Shown one piece after another: positions 53,097 through 61,519 of a DNA stretch of 64,000 bases. How positions within the stretch are numbered: the first letter of the stretch is position 1; every line of letters starts with the position of its first letter. Source of the stretch: Minisyncoccota bacterium (lineage in GTDB: Bacteria > Patescibacteriota > Minisyncoccia > Phycocordibacterales > UBA9973); contig JBAYVZ010000005.1 in assembly GCA_041674285.1 (NCBI GenBank), forward strand, positions 5,176-69,175. Direction: 5' to 3'. Made by a program: the position numbers and the translations under genes. Below the pieces are notes generated by a model. The model made no database searches. It saw only the letters and a list, made by a program, of their open reading frames with translations, and was not told the origin of the DNA.

Positions 53097-53693
53097 ATGA
53101 ATAAAATTACACTCAATAATGAATTTTACAATGCTACAGAAAATGATTTTCCTTATTTAGTTGTCTATGGAGAAAAGTCTGGTGGGTCACACTTTTCTGT
53201 GACTTTGATGGCAGAGCTTTTTTCCTCTGGTTCTAAAATATTATTTTTTACAGCCTTTCCGATGGCTACCGATAATTTTTTAGGGCAAATTGGGTCTGAC
53301 AATTCAAATGTCGCAATTGTTAAAAATATGGAAGATTTAAAACAATACGAAAACAGCCAGGCTATTATCTTGGATAGTGGAAATGAAATCTTGTTTTTAC
53401 AGGCGATAAAAGAATTGAAAGATATAAATGAGAGAATAATACTCGTGAAAAATATAGAGGCATCTAGTGACGAGTTATTGGGTTCTTGCTTGAGTTTCAA
53501 GAATATTATTTTATCTGGTGATATTGATACTTGTGTGTCAAAAGAAAAGATTATCAAAAAAACTTTTAAGAGTGTTGTTGTTTTTACAAAGCCAGAGACT
53601 TCACTTTCGATAGATGTTCCAGAACTAGAAAAATGGACTGGGTATTTAAATGGGGGAGATAAAAAAGGAATTATTAAAGTTAAAGTAAGTTAA
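53097..53693 (+). CDS. hypothetical protein
   Basis: 198 aa ORF with its own promoter and terminator. No recognised domain. Confidence 0.5.
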   Translation: MNKITLNNEFYNATENDFPYLVVYGEKSGGSHFSVTLMAELFSSGSKILFFTAFPMATDNFLGQIGSDNSNVAIVKNMEDLKQYENSQAIILDSGNEILFLQAIKELKDINERIILVKNIEASSDELLGSCLSFKNIILSGDIDTCVSKEKIIKKTFKSVVVFTKPETSLSIDVPELEKWTGYLNGGDKKGIIKVKVS

Positions 53694-53724
53694 AAATTTT
53701 TGGAGGAATTGTGATAAGTGTGAT

Positions 53725-53751
53725 AAAAAATCCCCACACGGGGGATTTTTT
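53725..53751. terminator. bidirectional hairpin terminator
   Basis: AAAAAATCCCC-ACAC-GGGGATTTTTT between convergent genes. Confidence 0.7.
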
Positions 53752-53753
53752 AT

Positions 53754-53939
53754 TTATATAGCGTCTACATCATCTGAAGAGAATTCATCTTCGAATCCCT
53801 CTTCGTCATCTTCATCGATTATCTCACCATCATCATCTAGTAGGGCATCATCTAGATCTAGATCTGCATCTTCACTAAAAGCAGAATCATCGTCTTCGTT
53901 TCCAAACCCTATTTTGAATTCTTCTTCATCAATACTCAT
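53754..53939 (-). CDS. small extremely acidic protein (61 aa)
   Basis: MSIDEEEFKIGFGNEDDDSAFSEDADLDLDDALLDDDGEIIDEDDEEGFEDEFSSDDVDAI. Roughly half the residues are D or E by eye. A terminator follows. Confidence 0.4.
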   Translation of the reverse strand: MSIDEEEFKIGFGNEDDDSAFSEDADLDLDDALLDDDGEIIDEDDEEGFEDEFSSDDVDAI

Positions 53940-54025
53940 ATTGTATTATCGATAATTTAAATTATTAAACGACTCATTTTTGTAATAGATTATTTGTAAC
54001 AAAATCTATTTTTCTTTGCAAGGGG

Positions 54026-54511
54026 TCAAATCTGTGGAAATCTTTCGCAGGCAAAACAGGTCAATCCTATGGCTATGGCGTCTAGCTCGTCGTCTGATTT
54101 TATGGTTCTCTCTATCTTGATCAATTTAGGTACCATACTCATCACTGCACTCTTGTCTGACTTGCCGTAGCCCGTCACAGCTATCTTGATCTGAGGGGGA
54201 GTGTATTCAAATACTTGTAGCCCGTACTTCATGGCAGAGTATATGATCACCCCACGAGCTTCGGCTACGCCCATGACGGTCTTTTGGTTGTTTGTAAAAA
54301 AAAGTTTTTCTATGGCTAATGCTTTTGGTTTGTATTCTTTTGATATACTTTCTATTTTTTCACCTATCAGTAGTATTCTCTCATAAAAGGGGAGCTTTGC
54401 ACTTGTCTTGAAGCACTCTGAATACAATAGCGTCTCCTTGCTCTTGCCGTCCTTTTCTATTATCGCGATTCCGATTCTCTCGAATCCCGGGTCTATGCCA
54501 AGTATGATCAT
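54026..54511 (-). CDS. ruvC: crossover junction endodeoxyribonuclease RuvC
   Basis: MIILGIDPGFERIGIAIIEK N-terminus. Start trimmed from 54556 because TACAAT lies 6 nt before this ATG. Ends with TGA. Confidence 0.88.
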   Translation of the reverse strand: MIILGIDPGFERIGIAIIEKDGKSKETLLYSECFKTSAKLPFYERILLIGEKIESISKEYKPKALAIEKLFFTNNQKTVMGVAEARGVIIYSAMKYGLQVFEYTPPQIKIAVTGYGKSDKSAVMSMVPKLIKIERTIKSDDELDAIAIGLTCFACERFPQI

Positions 54512-54615
54512 AGTATGATTGTATTTTGTATGGAAGTGTTTTGCAAATTTTGCCAAAATAGTTTTTTTGTGTTATCTTGAAGAAAAAAACTTTCCACAAT
54601 TTAAATTTTTAACTC

Positions 54616-55203
54616 ATGCCAGAACAAGTAGCCCAAGAGGCACCAAAGAAGCTTAGCTTCGAAAACGATTTCACATTGATTCGTCGTTACAGGATACTCT
54701 ATGTAGACCATGGTTCTATTGCCGATGCCACAAAACAAGAAGAAAAGAAAGAGGGTAAACCCACAAAAGAAATTATGATTAATTCTGTGACCAATCTTTC
54801 TGGAATTGATTTAAAGATGAAGCAGGCATCTAGAAAATCTGAAATTAGTATCGACGTAAGAATGATGCAAAAGGTGGATATAACACTCCTCCAAGCCTAC
54901 CACTCGATTGGAAAAACAAGGGAAATAATTATCCCCGAGGATCGGATTATGCAGATCATTCATTCTCTAAGTAGAAGCTGCTTGGATTTTAGGGGTGATA
55001 TTTATAAATCTCCCACTCGGACAGTTAATTTTTTTGTAAAACAAAAGGTTAAAAAATTAGACGAAAAGAGAACTATTGTTTACAGAGTCATTATGACAAA
55101 AGGGAAAAAATTCGACATTGTAATCCTTTCCTTGCAGGACCCAGAAATTATAAAAGGGGAAGCAGGGCACCTTTTTGCAATTGACTACTCATTAAAACAT
55201 TAG
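54616..55203 (+). CDS. hypothetical protein
   Basis: 195 aa ORF between ruvC and ruvB. No recognised domain. Confidence 0.5.
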   Translation: MPEQVAQEAPKKLSFENDFTLIRRYRILYVDHGSIADATKQEEKKEGKPTKEIMINSVTNLSGIDLKMKQASRKSEISIDVRMMQKVDITLLQAYHSIGKTREIIIPEDRIMQIIHSLSRSCLDFRGDIYKSPTRTVNFFVKQKVKKLDEKRTIVYRVIMTKGKKFDIVILSLQDPEIIKGEAGHLFAIDYSLKH

Positions 55204-55221
55204 ACCTTTCATCAAAGATAT

Positions 55222-55255
55222 AAAAAACAGCAAATACAAAGTTTGCTGTTTTTTT
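55222..55255. terminator. bidirectional hairpin terminator
   Basis: AAAAAACAGCAAA-TACAAAG-TTTGCTGTTTTTTT, overlapping the end of ruvB. Confidence 0.7.
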
Positions 55256-56249
55256 ATATCTCTTCTGGAAAATCAAACCCCAAGTGTGCGTAACCCTTTT
55301 TTGTGACAGTACGCCCACGTGCCCCACGCTCTATTAATCCGAGCTGTATGAGGTAGGGCTCGATGACTTCCTCTATGGTAGCCTCCTCTTCACTAGTAGC
55401 AGCAGCGATAGTCTTGAGACCTACTGGACCACCGTTGAATTTTGAAATTATGATCTCTAGTACTCTACGGTCAGAAGCAGAGAGTCCTAGCTCGTCAATT
55501 TCTAGTAGTGCCAGAGCCTTCTTTACCGCATCCTTGTCCATCATAGTCTTGTGGACTTGGGCATAGTCACGGCAACGCTTCAAAAAGTAGTTTGCTGTGC
55601 GGGGTGTGAATCGTGCACGCTTTGCGATCTCGTCTAGTGCGCCATCATCTAGTGTGACACCTAGAATCTTTGCAGAGCGAGCGAGAATTTTTTTTATCTC
55701 TTCATGATTGTAGAATTCTAGTCGGAATACTCCACCAGAGAATCGTGATCGGAGGGGGGATGATAGTAGTGCGATACGAGTAGTCGCAGCGATCAATGTG
55801 AATGGTGGTAGCTCGAGCTGGATAGTACGAGCAGATGGTCCCTTGCCGATGATGATGTCGAGCACTCCAGACTCCATAGCAGGGTACAGGACCTCCTCTA
55901 CCATTTTATTTAATCTGTGTATCTCATCGATAAATACTATATCTCCAGGTGCGAGATTTGTTAGGATGGATGCGAGGTCACCGACCTTTTCTATTGCAGG
56001 ACCGGAGGTAATCTTGATCTGCCTCCTGGTCTCGTGCGCTACGAGGTGAGCGAGAGTGGTCTTGCCTAGTCCTGGAGGACCGTAGAATAGTATATGCTCT
56101 GCTGGGTGAGAGCGCTCTTCGGCTGCCTGGAGGAGAATTTTAAGGTTGGCCTTGATGTTTTCCTGACCAATGTATTCATCCCACACACTTGGACGGAGTG
56201 TCTGGTCTAAAAAGCCTTCATCTTTGGTTGTATCTTTGGGACTTGACAT
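55254..56249 (-). CDS. ruvB: Holliday junction branch migration helicase RuvB
   Basis: AAA+ Walker A GPPGLGKTTLA, Walker B IVFIDEIHR and a C-terminal winged helix. Confidence 0.95.
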   Translation of the reverse strand: MSSPKDTTKDEGFLDQTLRPSVWDEYIGQENIKANLKILLQAAEERSHPAEHILFYGPPGLGKTTLAHLVAHETRRQIKITSGPAIEKVGDLASILTNLAPGDIVFIDEIHRLNKMVEEVLYPAMESGVLDIIIGKGPSARTIQLELPPFTLIAATTRIALLSSPLRSRFSGGVFRLEFYNHEEIKKILARSAKILGVTLDDGALDEIAKRARFTPRTANYFLKRCRDYAQVHKTMMDKDAVKKALALLEIDELGLSASDRRVLEIIISKFNGGPVGLKTIAAATSEEEATIEEVIEPYLIQLGLIERGARGRTVTKKGYAHLGFDFPEEI

Positions 56250-56271
56250 TATTTTTTGTTTATGATATACT
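56243..56271 (+). promoter_or_regulatory. consensus sigma70 promoter TTGACA-17-TATACT with TGn
   Basis: TTGACA 56243-56248 (overlapping the ruvB start on the other strand), 17 nt, then TGaTATACT ending at 56271. Confidence 0.65.
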
Positions 56272-56317
56272 CTGTGTAGATTCAGTTACAACAGTATTAT
56301 AGCATCAAAGCAAAGAG

Positions 56318-56460
56318 GACATAAATCTCTAAGCAATCAGCCCCGTGCTCTATGTGTGCGCGTAGGACATTCTGGTTTATTTTTAATATTACTGGGGTTA
56401 TCCTTCAACCACTCATTACTTTAGGACTTGTTTTTAAAGGATTGTTTAGAGATTTATGTC
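56318..56460 (+). ncRNA. candidate structured small RNA or leader (unknown family)
   Basis: 21-bp closing helix GACATAAATCTCTAAGCAATC / GATTGTTTAGAGATTTATGTC. Its one G-T pair is compatible only with a plus-strand RNA. The helix can extend with G-U pairs, is followed by TTTTTCT, and lies about 40 nt downstream of a consensus promoter. Confidence 0.5.
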
Positions 56461-56503
56461 TTTTTCTATGGGTAGATGTTTTGTTTTGTGTTAAAATAAA
56501 AAT

Positions 56504-56659
56504 ATGAAAATCAATCTTCATATACCTGTAAATTTTCCATTTGCAGCAGTAGTCATCACTATTATCGGGGCAATGTTTACATTTTATATATATAAAGTCG
56601 CAGATGGGGCTATCACTCAGGTCGCATCCAATGGAATAGTCTCTACTCCTATGGAATAA
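56504..56659 (+). CDS. possible small (51 aa) membrane protein
   Basis: MKINLHIPVNFPFAAVVITIIGAMFTFYIYKV... Below the ORF-track cutoff and followed by a terminator. May equally be non-coding. Confidence 0.3.
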   Translation: MKINLHIPVNFPFAAVVITIIGAMFTFYIYKVADGAITQVASNGIVSTPME

Positions 56660-56694
56660 AAAAACAATCCTAATTTTATTAGGATTGTTTTTTT
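56660..56694. terminator. bidirectional hairpin terminator
   Basis: AAAACAATCCTAAT-TTT-ATTAGGATTGTTTT with flanking A and T runs. Confidence 0.7.
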
Positions 56695-56695
56695 A

Positions 56696-58396
56696 TTACT
56701 CTGCGTAGAAATCTACTACACTTGCAACTTCTTCAAAAGATGTAGCACCGGTGAGGATCTTTACCACACCATCTTCTTCCATATTTAGATTGCCCTGATT
56801 GCTGGCCACCTCTTTAATCTCGCGTTCACTAGGATTGTTTGGGATTATGGCTTCGATTTCTGCATTGTTGTGCACAGCTTCGAATATTCCCATGCGACCC
56901 TTGTATCCAGTAAAGTTACATTTTTCGCAACCGACGGGTTCATATGTTTTGAATGGATTTGTCATGTCGACTCCGTAATTTGCCAAATCTTTTTTGTGAG
57001 CCACTGCTCCGGCTATCACTTTATCGATTATAATTTTTTCACTGTCTGAAATTTGTTTTTCTTTTTTACATTCTACGCACAGCTTGCGCACTAGACGCTG
57101 AGCGATAGATAGAGATAGTGCAGATACTAATATCTTTGGATTTACCTCTAGGTCTATCAGGCGGGGGATTACTCCAGCGGCATTGTTCGTGTGTAGTGTC
57201 GAGAATACAAGGTGACCAGTGAGGGCTGATTCGACTGCAATCTTTGCAGTCTCGCTGTCACGGATTTCTCCGACCATGATCACATCCGGGTCCTGGCGGA
57301 GTGCTGATCGTAGGCCCTCTAGGAATGTATAGCCCTTTTCTGTATCTACCTGCGTCTGCGTGATGCCGGGTAGATGATATTCTACTGGGTCCTCGATCGT
57401 GATGATCTTTATCTCGCTAGAATATATCTTTTGTAGGAATGAGTATAGTGTAGTAGTCTTTCCAGATCCAGTAGGTCCAGTCAGGAGGATCAGTCCATTT
57501 GGTTTTTTGATCTCGCGCATGAATACTTCAAAAAGTTTTGGCTCGATACCCATATCCTCGAGCTCTACTCTGATAGATTTTGGATTGAGTAGTCTCATCA
57601 CTATGGATTCACCGTATGCCCCAGGGATGAGTGATACACGGAGAGATATCTCATCGCCATTTATCACTACACTGAATCTGCCGTCTTGGGCTATAGAGTG
57701 AGATGTGATTTTTAATCCAGAGAGTAATTTGATTCTAGAATTTATGAACTTGTGGATCTCGATAGGGATGTCGGCTACCTCTTGGAGGATACCGTCTAGT
57801 CTGTATCGTAGGCGAACTATATTCTCCTCTGGCTCGATGTGTACGTCAGAAGCATTCACTGCGATAGCTCCGGCCATGATCACCTCGAGCATGTGTGATG
57901 TAGTGTGGGTCTTTTCTTTTTCTATCTTTTCAATCTCGGCTTTGATGTCTACTATGTTTTTTATATTACCGGCGATTTTTTCTAGCACGTCACCAGAGAT
58001 ATCGATACTACCTGCTTTTGATTCTGATGCATAGGAGATCTCGGCATACCTATCCCAGGCCTTTTCTAGTGATGCAGTAGAAGCCATATAGAAATGTGGT
58101 TCATATCCATGAGAAGTAAAATATTCTGTAGCCATCTGTATGTTGTCTGGCTGAGGAGACTTGATTGCTATGTGGAGATTCTTGCCTAGTATTTTGAAAG
58201 GAGCCAATTCTTTCTCCCTGGCTTCTGCCTCGGGGATAGTACGTAGGGCATCGTTCTCGATAGGGAGGTTTGCTAGGTTTACATGAGGCATATTGTACTT
58301 TGATTCTGCTAGCATAGCCACTAGATTCTCTTCCTCTTGTTTATGTATATCTGCCAAGTCTTTATTCTCTTTTTCGTCATCAAAAATGATAGTCAT
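56696..58396 (-). CDS. pilB: GspE/PilB-family type II/IV secretion (type IV pilus assembly) ATPase
   Basis: Walker A GPTGSGKTTTLYS, VGEIRD, His-box TGHLVFSTLHTN, and a tetracysteine motif CVECKK...CEKCNFTGYKGRMGIFE. Confidence 0.9.
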   Translation of the reverse strand: MTIIFDDEKENKDLADIHKQEEENLVAMLAESKYNMPHVNLANLPIENDALRTIPEAEAREKELAPFKILGKNLHIAIKSPQPDNIQMATEYFTSHGYEPHFYMASTASLEKAWDRYAEISYASESKAGSIDISGDVLEKIAGNIKNIVDIKAEIEKIEKEKTHTTSHMLEVIMAGAIAVNASDVHIEPEENIVRLRYRLDGILQEVADIPIEIHKFINSRIKLLSGLKITSHSIAQDGRFSVVINGDEISLRVSLIPGAYGESIVMRLLNPKSIRVELEDMGIEPKLFEVFMREIKKPNGLILLTGPTGSGKTTTLYSFLQKIYSSEIKIITIEDPVEYHLPGITQTQVDTEKGYTFLEGLRSALRQDPDVIMVGEIRDSETAKIAVESALTGHLVFSTLHTNNAAGVIPRLIDLEVNPKILVSALSLSIAQRLVRKLCVECKKEKQISDSEKIIIDKVIAGAVAHKKDLANYGVDMTNPFKTYEPVGCEKCNFTGYKGRMGIFEAVHNNAEIEAIIPNNPSEREIKEVASNQGNLNMEEDGVVKILTGATSFEEVASVVDFYAE

Positions 58397-58447
58397 AATA
58401 CGCTTATTATACTTGATTTTTAAAGGTAAAAATAGGGGTAATACCCC

Positions 58448-58476
58448 TTGACTTTTATATCCAAATATGATACAAT
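58448..58476 (+). promoter_or_regulatory. sigma70-type promoter TTGACT-17-TACAAT (TGn)
   Basis: TTGACT 58448-58453, 17 nt, TGaTACAAT ending at 58476. Confidence 0.6.
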
Positions 58477-58495
58477 ATGTGTAAATAAAAAAACT

Positions 58496-59539
58496 TTGAA
58501 AAAATTACTTTTCGTAGTGATGGTACTAGGTGCCTTAGCTACAACAAGCGCAATCGCGCAAAATTACTTGCCTTTGTTGCCAGTATGCAACTACAAGCCT
58601 GGAACTCTTGAATATCGTCAGCATTTTTATAACGAGATCAAGAGTGACTCTGCTTATGAGTCACAGCTTCTTCTTTTTGTTAACACTGCATTGAAAAATG
58701 CAGGCGAAGACAAAAATCTGAACAATGGTAAACCACTTGGGCCTAAGCATCTTTGGTGGATAACGGGTCAGATCTATTATGGTAATGTACGGTTAGGTAA
58801 GTATGAAAGTTTTATTAACACTAGAAAATTAAGAAGTGGTAAAACTGAGTACTACGAAGACTCAATTCAAAAAGATTTTACCGCAGGTACTTTTAAGTAC
58901 AAAGAATGCAGTTTAACTTTTTTGAAAGGTGATTGCTTTAACTTCATCACACTACCTCTTTCTGACCAAGTTAACCCTGAAGAAGGATTGGCAACTCTTC
59001 CTGTGGAGCGTATCCGTGACACAGTCTATCTTCCTGGAGAAGTAAAGATTGAGTACAGGGACAGGGATGTAGAAAGAGGAAAAGTTGCCGCTGAAGCTCA
59101 TGCTAGAAACATGAGCGGAAGTACAAGTAGCTCTAGCTCGTGGAACCATCAATCATCTGAAGATATCTCCCAAGTAGATTATCATCGGAGTGCTGGTGTT
59201 TCCATAAATGCAGGAGCATTGTTTCAGACTGTTTGTGCTATTGCCGGTATCGGTAATGGTAGTTATCAGTCTAGTAATTCTGGTGGTAATTTAGGGGTTA
59301 CTGTTATCCCAAGTGAGACCTACAGTGCTTACTCAAACAAAAGAAGTTTAAGTGGAGGAGCATCTTCTTCAAATTCTACTTCTGTTAATCTGGGTGGTAA
59401 TGCTGGAAATCAGAATCAAAACCAACAGGCTCAAACACAAGGTACAAACAGCAAGTGCCGTTATTGTAATTACAATAACAACCTGGTTGGGCAAAAACCA
59501 GTACAGCAGGGCTACAATATAGCCACAACTGCAGAGTAG
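58496..59539 (+). CDS. secreted hypothetical protein with S/N/G/Q-rich C-terminus
   Basis: The track ORF starts inside the promoter at 58448. An in-frame TTG at 58496 gives the signal peptide (M)KKLLFVVMVLGALATTSAIAQ. Confidence 0.5.
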   Translation: MKKLLFVVMVLGALATTSAIAQNYLPLLPVCNYKPGTLEYRQHFYNEIKSDSAYESQLLLFVNTALKNAGEDKNLNNGKPLGPKHLWWITGQIYYGNVRLGKYESFINTRKLRSGKTEYYEDSIQKDFTAGTFKYKECSLTFLKGDCFNFITLPLSDQVNPEEGLATLPVERIRDTVYLPGEVKIEYRDRDVERGKVAAEAHARNMSGSTSSSSSWNHQSSEDISQVDYHRSAGVSINAGALFQTVCAIAGIGNGSYQSSNSGGNLGVTVIPSETYSAYSNKRSLSGGASSSNSTSVNLGGNAGNQNQNQQAQTQGTNSKCRYCNYNNNLVGQKPVQQGYNIATTAE

Positions 59540-59655
59540 TTCTTGTGTCGAAATTTATTGCTCGGGAGGGTTTTTTATGAAAACTCCTCCCTTGCTTTTT
59601 TAAGTTTTCAATATATTATCAGGTAACCCTATTGAAGATTTAAAATTGCAAATAT

Positions 59656-61077
59656 ATGAAAAAATTATTTATAACAATGTTTATAGTTGGTGCATTCCTA
59701 TTTGTAGGGGATGTTGTTTCTGCTGTCACAGTGCCAGGTTGTAATATCTATTGTCACAACGCTCCGCAAGTGCCAGTAGTACAACCTACACCTTGCTGTG
59801 CTCCACAGCAACCAGTTTATTATCCACCAACAAATCCTTGTTGTGTGCCTGCTCCACAGCCACAGCCTCCATGTTCACAGTATCCATGTGGTGGTTTTCC
59901 TGTTCCTACACCTGAGCCGGTAGTAGACAATTGTCGTATCTCTAGTTTTACATCAAATCGAAATTATGTGACTTCTGGTGAAGCGGTCACTCTACGATGG
60001 ACTACTACAGGGGATTGTTATAAAGCCAATCTCTCTGACTATGGATCAGTGAATACTTATGGTAGTAGGACTATATATCCTACTGTCAGTGATAGCTACA
60101 CTCTACGTGCATACGGATACAACAATACAGATTCTGAGGATCTGTATATCACAGTTAACGGAGGTAATACAAACATCCTCCCTAATGTATCTACATACAA
60201 TCCTTCATATTTGGGCACAGGCTCTGCAGTTTTAAATGGTTATGCTAGTATCTCATCTGGTACTATGAATGCATGGATAGAATTCCCATGTTACTCTACA
60301 AATTATGGTAATCGATATAGTGTCTCTAGTACAAATCTTTCTGGTACTGTATACAATCTAAAGCCAAACACTACATACTCATACTGTGCTGCAGGACAGA
60401 GTACATATGGTAGTCAGATCGTGAGGGGTAATATCGTATCATTTACCACTATCGCACTATCAAATCCAGTAGATACTGATTCTTCTGTACGCACAAATGC
60501 TCCTACTTATGTATCTAGGAATTCTGGTACTATGAACGGTACTATCAGTAATCCAAACAATTATTCTCTCAATGGATATTTTGAATATGGTACAAGCGTA
60601 GGTTTGGGGTCTCGTACAAGTTCAAAGACTCTAGGGAATAGCAATACTATAAACTTTAGCGAGACACTAACAGGTCTGTCAGAGGGTACTATATACTACT
60701 ACCGCGCAGTCTCTGAAGGTTCAAATGGTACACAGAGAGGATTGATAGAAGTATTCGGTACGACATCACCTACAAAGACAGTGGTGATAAACAAACAGCC
60801 AACAGTGCAAAAGAGATACAAGACTATATATGTACCTACTATCGTAGAGGATACTAGTCCTATAGTAGATGAAGCCCCAGTTATCCAACCAGTTCAAAAT
60901 AATCTCGGGGCCAATGCTTTCTGGAGTGCTATGTGGCTACAGTACGGACCATACTTCTGGTTATTGATAATCATCATAATCTTGCTTATAATTCTATTGG
61001 CTCGTACATATCGAAACGATGGGAATACAAAAACAAAAACTACAACAGTAGTAACTCATGACAACAATATTCACTAA
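59656..61077 (+). CDS. cell-surface protein with signal peptide, Pro/Cys-rich segment, Ig/Fn3-like repeats and C-terminal TM anchor
   Basis: MKKLFITMFIVGAFLFVGDVVSA, then PCCAPQQPVYYPPTNPCCVPAPQPQPPC, repeated beta-rich modules and a C-terminal YFWLLIIIIILLIILLARTY. Confidence 0.6.
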   Translation: MKKLFITMFIVGAFLFVGDVVSAVTVPGCNIYCHNAPQVPVVQPTPCCAPQQPVYYPPTNPCCVPAPQPQPPCSQYPCGGFPVPTPEPVVDNCRISSFTSNRNYVTSGEAVTLRWTTTGDCYKANLSDYGSVNTYGSRTIYPTVSDSYTLRAYGYNNTDSEDLYITVNGGNTNILPNVSTYNPSYLGTGSAVLNGYASISSGTMNAWIEFPCYSTNYGNRYSVSSTNLSGTVYNLKPNTTYSYCAAGQSTYGSQIVRGNIVSFTTIALSNPVDTDSSVRTNAPTYVSRNSGTMNGTISNPNNYSLNGYFEYGTSVGLGSRTSSKTLGNSNTINFSETLTGLSEGTIYYYRAVSEGSNGTQRGLIEVFGTTSPTKTVVINKQPTVQKRYKTIYVPTIVEDTSPIVDEAPVIQPVQNNLGANAFWSAMWLQYGPYFWLLIIIIILLIILLARTYRNDGNTKTKTTTVVTHDNNIH

Positions 61078-61504
61078 AAATGAATTAGGAGACATCGCAA
61101 AAAAGATACTTGAAAAAGTATCTTTTTTGGCTTCATCTCGTGCAGATGTAGTCACGCTATCTGGTGACCTAGGTGCAGGCAAGACTACGCTCTCTCAGTC
61201 TGCAGCAAAAGAATTGGGTGTGGTAGAAAATGTAATCTCTCCGACTTTTGTAATAATGAAAAGTTACGAGATTAAAAATAAAAATTATAAGTGGAAAAAT
61301 CTAGTTCACATAGATGCGTACAGATTAGCAAAGAGTGAAGAACTTTTAAAACTCGGATGGGAAAAAATATTATCTGATAAAAATAATTTAATTCTGATAG
61401 AGTGGTCCGAGCTAGTTCCTGAGTGCATACCAGATGGGGGAGTGTGCAGGGTGAATCTAAAACATGTAGATGAAGAAAGAAGAGAGTTGGAAATAATGTT
61501 ATAA
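61058..61504 (+). CDS. tsaE: tRNA threonylcarbamoyladenosine biosynthesis ATPase TsaE
   Basis: P-loop LSGDLGAGKTTLSQ, SPTFVIM, HIDAYRL and IEW motifs. Confidence 0.85.
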   Translation: MTTIFTKNELGDIAKKILEKVSFLASSRADVVTLSGDLGAGKTTLSQSAAKELGVVENVISPTFVIMKSYEIKNKNYKWKNLVHIDAYRLAKSEELLKLGWEKILSDKNNLILIEWSELVPECIPDGGVCRVNLKHVDEERRELEIML

Positions 61505-61519
61505 TTAATTTTTTAAATT

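Noticed and set aside
54026-54028. Alternative genetic code with TGA as a sense codon (codes 4/25, known in some candidate phyla)
   Set aside because: All conserved genes are full length under the standard code with no in-frame TGA breaks. TGA terminates ruvC at the expected C-terminus. TAA and TAG are simply the preferred stops in this AT-rich genome.
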